The position numbers were made by a program, and so were the translations under genes. From contig JAUQWV010000001.1 of assembly GCA_030834985.1 (NCBI GenBank), positions 192,680 through 256,679 of the forward strand: a stretch of 64,000 bases of DNA, read 5' to 3'. Position 1 is the stretch's first letter. Every line of letters starts with the position of its first letter. This document shows, piece after piece, positions 38,632 to 49,036 of the stretch. This DNA is from Candidatus Dojkabacteria bacterium (GTDB lineage: Bacteria > Patescibacteriota > Dojkabacteria > J137). The notes under the pieces are model-generated. The model saw only the letters and a program-made list of their open reading frames with translations, ran no database searches and was not told where the DNA came from.

Positions 38632-41138
38632 ATTAAACCTAGCTGATCAGGATGAATAGCTTTTGGTTTGGTTATGCCTTTTGGTGGGGAGGCTTTTGAA
38701 TTCTTCTTTACTGTCTTTTCAACTTTGTTGTCTAATTCAAAAGCCTCTAGGATTTCATTTGCTCTAGTTAAAACCTCTTTAGGTATACCAGCTAGTTTTG
38801 CAACGTGAACACCATAGCTTTGATTAGTTCCTCCTTTAACAATTTTATGCTTAAACATAATTTCGCCTTTATCTTCTAAAACCTCAACATTATAGTTAGC
38901 GATCTCTTTATATTGTTTTTCTAGATCAATAAGCTCGTGGTAGTGAGTTGCAAAAAGTGTTTTAGCTTTAATCTGTTTATAAACAAACTCTATTATTGAC
39001 CAAGCAATTGCAACTCCGTCATAAGTACTTGTACCTCTACCAACTTCATCTAAAATAATTAAGCTATCTTTTGTAGCGTTATTTAAAATATTTGCCGTTT
39101 CATTCATTTCAACCATAAATGTTGATTCGCCTTTGCTCAAATTATCTGTTGCACCCACTCTTGTAAAAATCCTATCGATTAATTTCCATTCCATCTTTTT
39201 AGCAGGTACAAAAGATCCAATTTGCGCCATCAATGTTATTAACGCAATCTGCCTAATATATGTTGATTTTCCCGACATATTTGGGCCAGTTAGAATATGA
39301 ATATAGTCACTATTAAATTCAATAGAATTAGGAGTAAAGTCGCTAACGATTTTTTCAATAACTGGATGCCTTGAATCTTCAATTAATAAAATATTATTAC
39401 TTTTTATCATAGGCTTTGTGTATTGATTCTCTCTTGCAACTTTTGCAAAGTTAACATAGCAATCAATTTCCGAGATAATTTCTGCAACTTCTAAGATTTC
39501 AGCAATGCATTCAGCAATTTTATTCCTAATTTCAAAAAATACATCCTGTTCTAATCTGATTAACTTTTCTTCTGCAGAAAGGATTTTTTCCTCTAATTCT
39601 TTTAATTCAGGGATAATATATCGTTCAGCATTTGCCAAAGTTTGTTTACGGATATAGTAATCTGGTACTTTATTTAGGTGAGTTTTTGTAATTTCTATAT
39701 AGTAGCCAAAAACCTGGTTGAATGAGATTTTTAATGTATTAATACCCGTCTTTTCAATTTCCTGACTTTGTAAATTAGCAAGAATCTGTTTAGAATTTTG
39801 TCTTAAAGATCTAATTTCATCTATTTCGGTATTAAAACCTTCTTTTATTATTCCTGTATTGCTGATTGAAGCTGGCGGCTCATCTGCAATTGATTTATCA
39901 ATAATACCAACTACTTTATTCACCGCTGATAATAACTCTGAATCACTTGCCGCCAGCTTTTCAACAAACATATTTAACCTTTTAGATAATTTCGTGTTTG
40001 TTCTAACTTGTTTAATCAACTGCTCAATATTTAGCAAGCTATTTTTTAAAGCAATTAAATCTCGTGGATTGGCTGATTGAACACCAATTCGGCCCATTAT
40101 TCTTTCTATATCTGCTATATTGCTTAAATTTGAATCGATATCTGAAGCTAAAATAGGATTATTATAGAATGTTTCAACGCTATCAAGCCTATCTTGCAAA
40201 ATATCAGGATTTATTAAAGGGTAAATAATCCAATTTCTAAGCTTACGCTTACCCATTGCTGTTGCAGCTTGATTTAGAACACCATAAAGAGTATTTTTAT
40301 CGTTACCATTTGCAGAATAAACAAGCTCTAAATTCCTGATTGTTTCAAAATCAAGCTGCATATAATCAGAATATTGATATTTTCTGATTGTCTTAATATG
40401 TTTTAACTCACTTCGTTGGTATTCCTGCAAAAAGTTTATTAAAACGCCTGCTACAATGATTAATGGATCAATATCCTCAATACCAAATCCTCTTAAAGAT
40501 AGAACCTGTAATTGACTTAGCAGAATTTCACTTGCATAACCTAAATCAAATTTTGAATCTTCAGCCTTTTCAATAGGTCTACTATAAATTCCCTTTAGGA
40601 ACTCATAATCTTTTACTGCAGTTAAGATCTCTGATGGATTTACTTTATTAAGTTCCAGTTTAAGCTGATTTAACGACTGTGTTGAAAATACTTGAAGCAA
40701 GCCAGTTGTTAAATCACAGTAAGATAATAAGTAAAACGTTTGTTTTTTATCCACGAATCTGTAAAAACAAGCGATAAAGTTATTTTTTGAAGCGTCTAAC
40801 GAGTTTTCATCCATGACGGTTCCCGGCGTAACAACTTTGGTTACTTTCCTTTCTACTAACTTGCCGGGAACCGCCTCTTCAACCTGATCTGCAATTACAA
40901 CTTTTAAGCTTGCTTCTACCATCTTTGGCATATATGTAGCAAGTGCATGGTGCGGTATTCCTGCCATTGGTGTTCTTTTATCATCTTTTCCTCTGCCAGT
41001 AAGGGTTATTCCTAAAACTTTTGAAAGAGTTATAGCATCCTCGTTAAAAGCTTCATAAAAGTCTCCAAGCCTGAATAAAACAATAAAATCCTTATACTCA
41101 GCCTTGATTTTTTGATACTGTTCCTGCATGGGAGTCAT
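38628..41138 (-). CDS. mutS: DNA mismatch repair protein MutS
   Basis: N-terminal TPMQEQY..GDFYE mismatch domain, Walker A TGPNMSGKST, overall MutS1 layout. Confidence 0.9.
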   Translation of the reverse strand: MTPMQEQYQKIKAEYKDFIVLFRLGDFYEAFNEDAITLSKVLGITLTGRGKDDKRTPMAGIPHHALATYMPKMVEASLKVVIADQVEEAVPGKLVERKVTKVVTPGTVMDENSLDASKNNFIACFYRFVDKKQTFYLLSYCDLTTGLLQVFSTQSLNQLKLELNKVNPSEILTAVKDYEFLKGIYSRPIEKAEDSKFDLGYASEILLSQLQVLSLRGFGIEDIDPLIIVAGVLINFLQEYQRSELKHIKTIRKYQYSDYMQLDFETIRNLELVYSANGNDKNTLYGVLNQAATAMGKRKLRNWIIYPLINPDILQDRLDSVETFYNNPILASDIDSNLSNIADIERIMGRIGVQSANPRDLIALKNSLLNIEQLIKQVRTNTKLSKRLNMFVEKLAASDSELLSAVNKVVGIIDKSIADEPPASISNTGIIKEGFNTEIDEIRSLRQNSKQILANLQSQEIEKTGINTLKISFNQVFGYYIEITKTHLNKVPDYYIRKQTLANAERYIIPELKELEEKILSAEEKLIRLEQDVFFEIRNKIAECIAEILEVAEIISEIDCYVNFAKVARENQYTKPMIKSNNILLIEDSRHPVIEKIVSDFTPNSIEFNSDYIHILTGPNMSGKSTYIRQIALITLMAQIGSFVPAKKMEWKLIDRIFTRVGATDNLSKGESTFMVEMNETANILNNATKDSLIILDEVGRGTSTYDGVAIAWSIIEFVYKQIKAKTLFATHYHELIDLEKQYKEIANYNVEVLEDKGEIMFKHKIVKGGTNQSYGVHVAKLAGIPKEVLTRANEILEAFELDNKVEKTVKKNSKASPPKGITKPKAIHPDQLGLI

Positions 41139-41174
41139 ATATGTGGATTATACATCAAGTTTTATTTGTATCAG

Positions 41175-41456
41175 TTATTTGTTCTTTTCCCGAAATTGGG
41201 CATCTATAAAATCTTTTGTTTGTGCAGAAGAGTCTTTTTTTGTTTTAGATTGGGCTGAAGTTCTTTTTGAAGTAAAACTTAAATATATTGCCTTAAGCAG
41301 ATAGTAGATTTCTCTAATAAATCCTATTGTAAGCAGTACAGTTCTAGCCCTTTTATATGTAAACATTACTACAAAACTTATAAGGACAAAAACCGTAAGC
41401 AAAGATAAACAGCAGAAAAATATTAATAAGTATCTAAACAAATTCTCAATATCCAT
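41175..41456 (-). CDS. Small hypothetical membrane protein
   Basis: Single hydrophobic helix, basic C-terminus. Confidence 0.4.
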   Translation of the reverse strand: MDIENLFRYLLIFFCCLSLLTVFVLISFVVMFTYKRARTVLLTIGFIREIYYLLKAIYLSFTSKRTSAQSKTKKDSSAQTKDFIDAQFREKNK

Positions 41457-41490
41457 ATAAGGAATATTTTATCATGATAGAATTATAAGG

Positions 41491-42576
41491 ATGAAAAAAT
41501 TATTCACCACTATAAATATCAACAGATTTCTCTTGCTAATAATCTTAGCTGTTATTCTGGCATACCAGCTTGTTGGAGGATATAAATATTTTGAATTATC
41601 AAACGACGGACAAATATTAGCATTAAGACTTCAAGACTTTTTAACGCTATTTTTAAGCATAATAGTAGAAGCATTTCCATTTGTAATTTTAGGCGTTACT
41701 ATTTCTACGTTGGTAGGAGTTGGGTTTTTCAGCTGGCTAGCAACTCAAGTTAAAACTCATAAATATATTTTGGCTCCTTTGTATTTAATCTATATTCTAT
41801 TTAACACGATTGATAAAAAACTTTATAAAAATAGATTTTACTCACACATAAAAATTTCATTAATGGGTGTTGTGTTACCTGTTTGTGAATGCGGTAATGT
41901 TCCTGTTGCTAGAAGGCTTTTGTTAAGTGGATTTACAGTATCACAATCTATAACTTTTTTACTAGCGGCACCAATTTTGAACCCAGTTACTTTTCTAACT
42001 ACAATGGAAGCATTTAGTTTTGATCCAAGTGTTGTAGTTATTAGAATGCTTGCTGGTTTTATAATTGCAAATTTTATTGGAATTTTGTTAAGTTATAAAA
42101 AACCCCAAAGTGATTTTTTAAACCTAGATTTCTACCAAGAAGTTTGTGAAGCGGTTGACCACAAGCACTCTAAAAATAGATTTATAGAAGCGTTAAACAC
42201 TTTCCAAAGAGAATTCTTAGAGATCTTTAAAGTACTTGTAATCGGAGCTATTTTAGCTGGTATTTCACAAACATTTATCCCAAGAGATATAATAATAGCA
42301 ATAGGACAAAATCCATTATTGTCTATTCTTGCAATGATTTTACTAGCATTTGTTATCTCAATTTGTTCAAACGTTGATGCTTTCTTTGCATTGTCTTATG
42401 CAAATTCTTTTACAATGGGTTCTATTTTAGGCTTTTTAGTTTTTGGACCAATGATAGATATAAAAATGTTAACTATGATGAAATCTACATACAAACTTAA
42501 ATTATTAGGATTAGTTACGGTATATGTGTTCTTATTTAGTTTCTTAACAGCACTAATAGTAAATTTTATTAAATGA
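41491..42576 (+). CDS. COG0701/DUF318-family permease (YcgR-like two-component permease subunit)
   Basis: Multi-transmembrane protein with a CECGNVP motif. Overlaps the downstream TIGR03943-like gene. Confidence 0.55.
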   Translation: MKKLFTTININRFLLLIILAVILAYQLVGGYKYFELSNDGQILALRLQDFLTLFLSIIVEAFPFVILGVTISTLVGVGFFSWLATQVKTHKYILAPLYLIYILFNTIDKKLYKNRFYSHIKISLMGVVLPVCECGNVPVARRLLLSGFTVSQSITFLLAAPILNPVTFLTTMEAFSFDPSVVVIRMLAGFIIANFIGILLSYKKPQSDFLNLDFYQEVCEAVDHKHSKNRFIEALNTFQREFLEIFKVLVIGAILAGISQTFIPRDIIIAIGQNPLLSILAMILLAFVISICSNVDAFFALSYANSFTMGSILGFLVFGPMIDIKMLTMMKSTYKLKLLGLVTVYVFLFSFLTALIVNFIK

Positions 42577-43424
42577 CACGAATAATTAGTTCAATAACAC
42601 TACTAGGAATGGGAATATACGGCTTATTATTGGCACATAACAATAAGTTAGGATTATATATTCACCCGCGTTTCTTTGAAGAGTCATTTATTGCAAGTAT
42701 AGTAGCTGTATTGATTGGGGCAGTATCTTTGATCTATTTTATCTATAAAGATAGACGAGAATTTTACCAGTTTAAACGTCTTTTTAATCAAAAAATAATG
42801 GTAATAGGTGTTTTAATAGCTCTTTCTTTTTTAGTTAACAGCTTATTTTTGATATTAGCTGCATTTGTAGTTATTGTTCCTTTTAAATACGAGGATAGAT
42901 TTACTAGAATAATTAAAAACGATATATTTGGAACCCTTTTAGTTTTATTAGTAGTACTGGCAGGACTTTTTTTACCTGCAAGAGGTTTAAGCTCAATTAC
43001 AGCTTCACAAAGATCAATTGATTTAAATGCTATTAATTTAACACAAACTACTGCAAGCGCAATCCAAAATTTTAGTAAATCCACAAGTAATTACACATTA
43101 GGAGATTGGATTGCGCTCCAAAACTACAATCCTGACCCTCTTTTTTATAAAGACAAAGATGTAAAGATTTCAGGATTTGTATACAGACCTGATAATTTAC
43201 ATTTAGATAAAGATACTTTTTTAGTAGCTAGATTTATTATTACCTGTTGTGCAGTTGATGCAAGACCAGTAGGGCTTAGAGTTAAAACTAATGAATACAA
43301 TCCTGATCAGGATGAATGGGTTGAAGTTGAAGGGCTTTTTAATGTAGATGAAAATCAAAACTTAATAATTGAACCTAAAAATATTATCAAGCTCGAAGAG
43401 CCTGGTAATCCCTATATCTTTTAA
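42573..43424 (+). CDS. TIGR03943/COG3689-family membrane protein (partner of the COG0701 permease)
   Basis: N-terminal transmembrane segments and a C-terminal FIITCCAVDARPVG CC motif characteristic of the family. Confidence 0.55.
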   Translation: MTRIISSITLLGMGIYGLLLAHNNKLGLYIHPRFFEESFIASIVAVLIGAVSLIYFIYKDRREFYQFKRLFNQKIMVIGVLIALSFLVNSLFLILAAFVVIVPFKYEDRFTRIIKNDIFGTLLVLLVVLAGLFLPARGLSSITASQRSIDLNAINLTQTTASAIQNFSKSTSNYTLGDWIALQNYNPDPLFYKDKDVKISGFVYRPDNLHLDKDTFLVARFIITCCAVDARPVGLRVKTNEYNPDQDEWVEVEGLFNVDENQNLIIEPKNIIKLEEPGNPYIF

Positions 43425-44827
43425 TGAAAAAACTTCTTAAATTCAACAAATTAAGCATAGTTTCAATAATCATATTGATTATTTTAACCTTGGTATTGAT
43501 TGCACTAAATACCTTAACTCATCCCCATGTAGTTGGGATTAATGTAATTGGAGGTGCAGAAAACGCTAAACTTAAAAATCAGCAGATTAGAATTGAGTTT
43601 AATAGGCCTATTAATAGAGATACTGTAACTAACTCTATTGAAATTACACCAAAAGCAGATTTTAGAAGTTTATGGTCTGGCAATAATTTAATTTTGGCAT
43701 TTGATACTTCCCTAGACTCACAAACCGATTATACTCTCACATTAAAGAAAAATATTACTGATATCTACAATGAAGAATTTACAGAAGATTATATTTTTCA
43801 TTTTAAAACTGAAATTCCAAGACTCGCTGTAATAGAAAAAGTTCACGATAATACCACTAATACAATTGCTATATATAATGCTAACTTAGCCGGCAGGCAA
43901 GAGTTGCTTAAACGGGACAATATTCAGTTTTACGGCCTTAATGAAACATTCCTAGTAGTTGTTACAGAAAGTAACTACACCAATAATATTGAACTTATTA
44001 ACCGTGTTACAAACGAGGTCCAGAATTTTAATCTTAACAACGTTAGAATAAATTCATTTGCATTTTCACCAACAAGAAATGAATTTGCCTATGCTTTCCA
44101 AGAAGTTGAAGTAGAGCAAAATTACTATATACCTATATCAGATGCTAAAGTTATTGTTTACGATATTGATGCCAGATCACAAATAGATTTTAATCCGCAA
44201 AATAGTGCAGATGATGTTGTTTATCTGGAATATTCTAATGACGGTAACTCTCTTTTATATAGATCCAGCGATTCATTTTATACTTTAGCTGAAATAAAAA
44301 GACAGGATAACTTTACAGGTATAGGCCGTTATCTATGGTCAGGAAATTTTAATAAAGATAGCGATAAGATTATTTTTTTAACATTTGATCCTGCCAGTTC
44401 TCAAATACCCTATCAGTTTATATCTACATTTAGTTCAGAAAGAGAAATAATTAATATTACTGACGGATTTACAGCAGTGCTAGATCCTGTTTTTATGAAT
44501 AAAACAGATTTGATATTATTTGCACAAAAACATAAAGATCTAGATAGAACAAAAGGAATTTATAAAATTATGCAGACTGACTTAAGCGGCAATTCAGTGG
44601 AAGTGATTTCTAACGAAAAATACAGTCTGGAATTACCGCTTCCAAGCCCTGATGACCGCTACATTGCAATAGAAAAATATAACGAAATAAACTTACTGAA
44701 TTTCACAAATGCTAGAAACTATGGATTTCAAAATAAACCTCAGCTTGCTAACATTATAGTTTTTGATACAGTGGAAAATAAACTATACGATACTAATTTA
44801 ATTGCAGTAGAAGCTAAATGGATTTAA
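43424..44827 (+). CDS. Membrane-anchored protein with an N-terminal Ig-like (SbsA/Big-like) domain and a PD40/TolB-like beta-propeller
   Basis: N-terminal transmembrane helix, Ig-like segment, repeated FAFSPTRNEF / LEYSNDGNSLLY / LPSPDDRYIAI PD40-like motifs. Confidence 0.5.
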   Translation: MKKLLKFNKLSIVSIIILIILTLVLIALNTLTHPHVVGINVIGGAENAKLKNQQIRIEFNRPINRDTVTNSIEITPKADFRSLWSGNNLILAFDTSLDSQTDYTLTLKKNITDIYNEEFTEDYIFHFKTEIPRLAVIEKVHDNTTNTIAIYNANLAGRQELLKRDNIQFYGLNETFLVVVTESNYTNNIELINRVTNEVQNFNLNNVRINSFAFSPTRNEFAYAFQEVEVEQNYYIPISDAKVIVYDIDARSQIDFNPQNSADDVVYLEYSNDGNSLLYRSSDSFYTLAEIKRQDNFTGIGRYLWSGNFNKDSDKIIFLTFDPASSQIPYQFISTFSSEREIINITDGFTAVLDPVFMNKTDLILFAQKHKDLDRTKGIYKIMQTDLSGNSVEVISNEKYSLELPLPSPDDRYIAIEKYNEINLLNFTNARNYGFQNKPQLANIIVFDTVENKLYDTNLIAVEAKWI

Positions 44828-45789
44828 GAATATTTACAAAAACGTTGTTACTTACACTACTATTTATTATCCCTATAAGTTCTTATCCTCTTAAAGCAGA
44901 TTCAGGTTTTGAATTGACACCAGCAAGTACAGATTTCACACTCAGAACAGAACAAAGTCATTCAGGCACATTTACAATAACAAATAATGAAGATGCAGAG
45001 GTATCAATCACTTTACAAGAAGGAATGTATGTTGATGGGCAAATTGTTAAAGAGGACTTTTCTTGGATAACAACCTCTCCACAACAATTTGCCCTTAAAA
45101 AATCTCAATCGCAAGAGATTCAATACACGCTTACGGTACCATCAGATACTCCTAAAGGCGTTTATAACAAATTAATATTACTTAATATTGCTGCAAATAC
45201 GGCAACACGGGAGCAAAATAACTATCCTACAATAGATTTAACAATCCCCTACCAAATAAACATATTTGTAGATTCTTTATTTGCAAGTGATTTAGGAATT
45301 AAGGTCACTGAATTTTCATCAGATACTAAACTTACAATTAATAACCAGATTGTATTTAAAATAAAAGTTGAAAATAAAGGAATGAATCAAATATCAAAAC
45401 CTATTGGACATTTAAGAATTATCAGCTCAATGGGAGATGTTGTATATTCCGCAGTTCTTAATGAAAGCCTAAAAGCTGTTACCGATTCTGATACCTTTGA
45501 ATATGACTTTACAGCAAACTATCCTATTAATAATATTATCGATATTGGTCAGTATAGAGCCGAGCTTTTGTTTACTGATTCATTAAGTGGATCAACCGAA
45601 TTAAAACAAATGACCTTTGTTTCAATTAACTATCTATTGTTTGTAATTATTATTGGCGTAATAACTGCAATTTTCTTTTTAACTGGAACAATAAAAGGTT
45701 TATTATTAGAAACAAGTTCTATTAAAATTGCGGAAAACCAAAAATATATTGGCATTCAAAAAGAAACTAGAATTAGATCGGCTAAATAA
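44818..45789 (+). CDS. Hypothetical surface protein (signal peptide, C-terminal transmembrane anchor)
   Basis: N-terminal signal-like helix. C-terminal LLFVIIIGVITAIFFLTG anchor. Confidence 0.45.
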   Translation: MDLRIFTKTLLLTLLFIIPISSYPLKADSGFELTPASTDFTLRTEQSHSGTFTITNNEDAEVSITLQEGMYVDGQIVKEDFSWITTSPQQFALKKSQSQEIQYTLTVPSDTPKGVYNKLILLNIAANTATREQNNYPTIDLTIPYQINIFVDSLFASDLGIKVTEFSSDTKLTINNQIVFKIKVENKGMNQISKPIGHLRIISSMGDVVYSAVLNESLKAVTDSDTFEYDFTANYPINNIIDIGQYRAELLFTDSLSGSTELKQMTFVSINYLLFVIIIGVITAIFFLTGTIKGLLLETSSIKIAENQKYIGIQKETRIRSAK

Positions 45790-45790
45790 A

Positions 45791-48058
45791 TTATTCTTTA
45801 GCTTCAGATTGATACTTTTTATTCCTTAATTTTCTTCTTTGAATTACTGCAAATAAGTAAGGTGCAAGCGATAGCGTAATTGGAACCATTGTACCTACAG
45901 CCACCAAAGTAACCTGCTTTGTATTGTCTAAGTTTAGTAGCGTTGCAGTATTACCCTTAGACTTAATACTTCCTATTAAACTATCTTTTGCAAGCCACGA
46001 TACTGCATTCAAGGCAAACGATATACTATTTTTATCTTGACTTTGTCTTTGTGCTAGTCCTTCTAGAATACTATCTGTTAAGAAATCAGTATCAGCTACC
46101 ACTACTGCTCTTCCACCATTTGAATTTTCTAATGCTACCGCAACAGTTCTTTTACTATCCGTATTAGAAGGTTGCCAGTCCTGATCAAATGATAAATTTA
46201 GATTATCGCTTGTCTGAATATTTGCACTGTTTCCTGTTTCAAGCAAAGTATAAATTGTGTGACCATCTTTATTTTCAGTAGAAATTGAACTTGCAAATAA
46301 TAGTGATACATTATTTACATCTTTATTAATATTTGTAGAGTTCTCTACAGAATTTGCAATAAACCACATTGGAAAATTAAACACGATAGGTGAAAACAAT
46401 GATTGCAGTGCAATAATATTGTTATTTTCTAGATCATAAACCATATCATTATTTATTTTCACACCATATTCTTCAAAAAGGGCTGCTAAACTATTTTCAT
46501 TTAAAGCAGGTGTTTCTGTATTTGTATCAATAGTATCTGTCATTAAAAAGATACTGCCACCATTTACATAAAAGTTTTTTAATTCGGTTACTGCATTATC
46601 AGTAAATTCTTCAACAGGACCAGCAATGATTACTGTAGAAATATCTTCTGGAATTTCAGCTGATTCTTCTGTTAAGGAAATAGAAGTAACATCAAATAAA
46701 TCAACAAGTTCTTTATTAAATACAGTAAGATCATTGGTTGTGGAATGTGCAACATTATTTGTAATAAATGCAATCTTTCTTTTTTGAGTCTCACTTAGCT
46801 TCTTAATTTTTTTTGTTATTTGATATTCAAGGTCATTTAAGATCTCATTATTAAAGTTTAGTACTTCACTTTTATCTTCGTATTTAAAAGCTACACCAAA
46901 ATATCCAACTACAACTTGTGCAGAATCGCTTGAATTAACACTAAACTGAATTTGACTAATACCATCGGTTTGAGCTTTTGATTGAAGAGAAGTATCTTTG
47001 TCTGGTTCTATTAAATTTACACTTACTTTGCCTCCTGAAGCTTTTGAGTAATCAGAAAGCAAATCCTGCACTCTTCTAAGCTCACTTTGAAACTCTATTG
47101 GAAGGTTAGACGATGCATAATAATCAACTGTTAAGCTATTCGGCATTCTATTTAAAACCTCTACCGTAGCTGCAGACAAGGTATACCGTTGATCTGATGT
47201 AAAATCAATTCTGCCTGGGATTACTTGACCTAATGTTCCTAATAAAAAAGCTATTATTACAAATAATGCAGTAGCTACCTTAGCTTTTTTTAAATATTTA
47301 TGGCCCACAGGATACTTATCTTTTATTAACAAGTAATACGCCAAACTTAAGAATAAAAAGATAAAAGCTATAAAGTAGAAAATATCTCTAAAGTCTAAAA
47401 CTCCTCTGGATACTGATTGGTAGTGAGAAAGTAAACTTAATTTTTCTAAAATAGATGAAATTGGTGCAGGTAACACTGCAACAAAACTTGAGCCGATTAA
47501 AATCAATACAGCTATAACAACTACTGAAGTTAAAAATGACGCAATTTCAGCTTTGAAAAGAGCTGAAATTGCTAATCCTACACTAACCATGCACAAGCCA
47601 AGTACGAGTGCTCCCGCATATTGCATAACTGCTTGTCCAAAATCGATACCCGAATAAGAAGCAACTACCACTGTTATTGGCAATGTTAATAAGATCAGAA
47701 TAAATGTTAACAATGAATACGAGATAAATTTCCCTAATAGTAAATCAAGCTCAGTCAATGGCTTTGACAATAAATACTCAAAAGTTCCATTACTCTTTTC
47801 TTTTGAAATTGCACCCATAGTTAATGCCGGTACTGCAATTGCTAAGGCAAAAGCAATATAACCAAACATTTGAGTTAAATCATTTGTACCAAATTGATTG
47901 TATCTTCCGATTCCAAACAATAATATTGCAACAACTACAATAAATAGTGAGCCTACTATTAACCCTGTTGATGAGAAAAGTATTGACTTTAATTCCTTAA
48001 GAATAAGGGATACAAACGATCTTTTTAATCTTAAATCTTTTAATTTTAGCTTAGCCAT
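45791..48058 (-). CDS. Fused ABC-2 permease / GldG-like extracytoplasmic domain protein (GldF-GldG-like)
   Basis: N-terminal 6-transmembrane ABC-2 permease followed by a large extracytoplasmic domain and a C-terminal transmembrane anchor. Confidence 0.55.
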   Translation of the reverse strand: MAKLKLKDLRLKRSFVSLILKELKSILFSSTGLIVGSLFIVVVAILLFGIGRYNQFGTNDLTQMFGYIAFALAIAVPALTMGAISKEKSNGTFEYLLSKPLTELDLLLGKFISYSLLTFILILLTLPITVVVASYSGIDFGQAVMQYAGALVLGLCMVSVGLAISALFKAEIASFLTSVVVIAVLILIGSSFVAVLPAPISSILEKLSLLSHYQSVSRGVLDFRDIFYFIAFIFLFLSLAYYLLIKDKYPVGHKYLKKAKVATALFVIIAFLLGTLGQVIPGRIDFTSDQRYTLSAATVEVLNRMPNSLTVDYYASSNLPIEFQSELRRVQDLLSDYSKASGGKVSVNLIEPDKDTSLQSKAQTDGISQIQFSVNSSDSAQVVVGYFGVAFKYEDKSEVLNFNNEILNDLEYQITKKIKKLSETQKRKIAFITNNVAHSTTNDLTVFNKELVDLFDVTSISLTEESAEIPEDISTVIIAGPVEEFTDNAVTELKNFYVNGGSIFLMTDTIDTNTETPALNENSLAALFEEYGVKINNDMVYDLENNNIIALQSLFSPIVFNFPMWFIANSVENSTNINKDVNNVSLLFASSISTENKDGHTIYTLLETGNSANIQTSDNLNLSFDQDWQPSNTDSKRTVAVALENSNGGRAVVVADTDFLTDSILEGLAQRQSQDKNSISFALNAVSWLAKDSLIGSIKSKGNTATLLNLDNTKQVTLVAVGTMVPITLSLAPYLFAVIQRRKLRNKKYQSEAKE

Positions 48059-48059
48059 A

Positions 48060-48974
48060 TTAATTAAGTGTTAATGATCTAAATATCTCTTCTAAGTTCT
48101 GTGTACTTGTTTTTAGCTGTAAAAGATCCCAGTTAGAAGACCTATAAGCATTATTAATTTGTTTAAGCATATTTTCTTCGTTCTCGCCAATAAGTTCATA
48201 AGTAAACTTATTGTTATTGATACCTTGTAAAGTTACTTTAACATCTAAGAATTCAAACGATGGTTCTGTTTCAGCTCTTAAGCTTAAAGTAATTGTAGTA
48301 TGTTTGAGCTGTTCATTTACAATTGATTCTTTGCTTCCATCTTTTACAATCTCTCCCTTATTTATAATCACAATTCTATTACACATTGCTTCAACTTCTT
48401 GCAGTACATGAGTAGAAATAATTACTGTTTTATTTTTTCCAAGCTCAGAGATTAAACTCCTGATTTCAGCGCGTTGGTTTGGATCAAGGCCTTCTGTTGG
48501 TTCATCTAAAATCAAAATTTCAGGATCAGGAACTAAAACTTGCGCCAAACCAACGCGCTGCTTGTAACCTTTAGAAAGTTCAGAGATCTGTTTATAAAAC
48601 ACACTTTTTAATCCTGTTGCTTTTACAACATAATCAATTCTTTCTTTATATTTTGCTTTTGTAAAATTTGATAAATCAAGCGCTAATTCAATGGCCTCTT
48701 TAACAGTCATTTCTTTATACAATGGATTATTTTCTGGCATAAATCCGATTCGCTTTTTACCGTAGATTGGGGAATTTCTAATACTCTTATTATTTATAAA
48801 AACATCACCTTGATCTGGAATAATCAGGCCAGCTATAATTTTCATTGTTGTACTTTTACCTGCGCCGTTCGGTCCTAAAAGACCAACTACTTCACCTTTA
48901 TCTATTTTTAAACTTAAATTCTTTACAGCAGCAATATCGCTGTAGCGCTTGGTAATGTTTTTAATTTCAATCAT
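48060..48974 (-). CDS. ABC transporter ATP-binding protein (GldA-like)
   Basis: Walker A GPNGAGKST, signature LSKGYKQR, Walker B ILILDEPT. Confidence 0.85.
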   Translation of the reverse strand: MIEIKNITKRYSDIAAVKNLSLKIDKGEVVGLLGPNGAGKSTTMKIIAGLIIPDQGDVFINNKSIRNSPIYGKKRIGFMPENNPLYKEMTVKEAIELALDLSNFTKAKYKERIDYVVKATGLKSVFYKQISELSKGYKQRVGLAQVLVPDPEILILDEPTEGLDPNQRAEIRSLISELGKNKTVIISTHVLQEVEAMCNRIVIINKGEIVKDGSKESIVNEQLKHTTITLSLRAETEPSFEFLDVKVTLQGINNNKFTYELIGENEENMLKQINNAYRSSNWDLLQLKTSTQNLEEIFRSLTLN

Positions 48975-49036
48975 GCTTTTAATATAACTATAATGTTTTA
49001 CAAATTCTATACATCGAATGTGAATTATCTGTGAAG

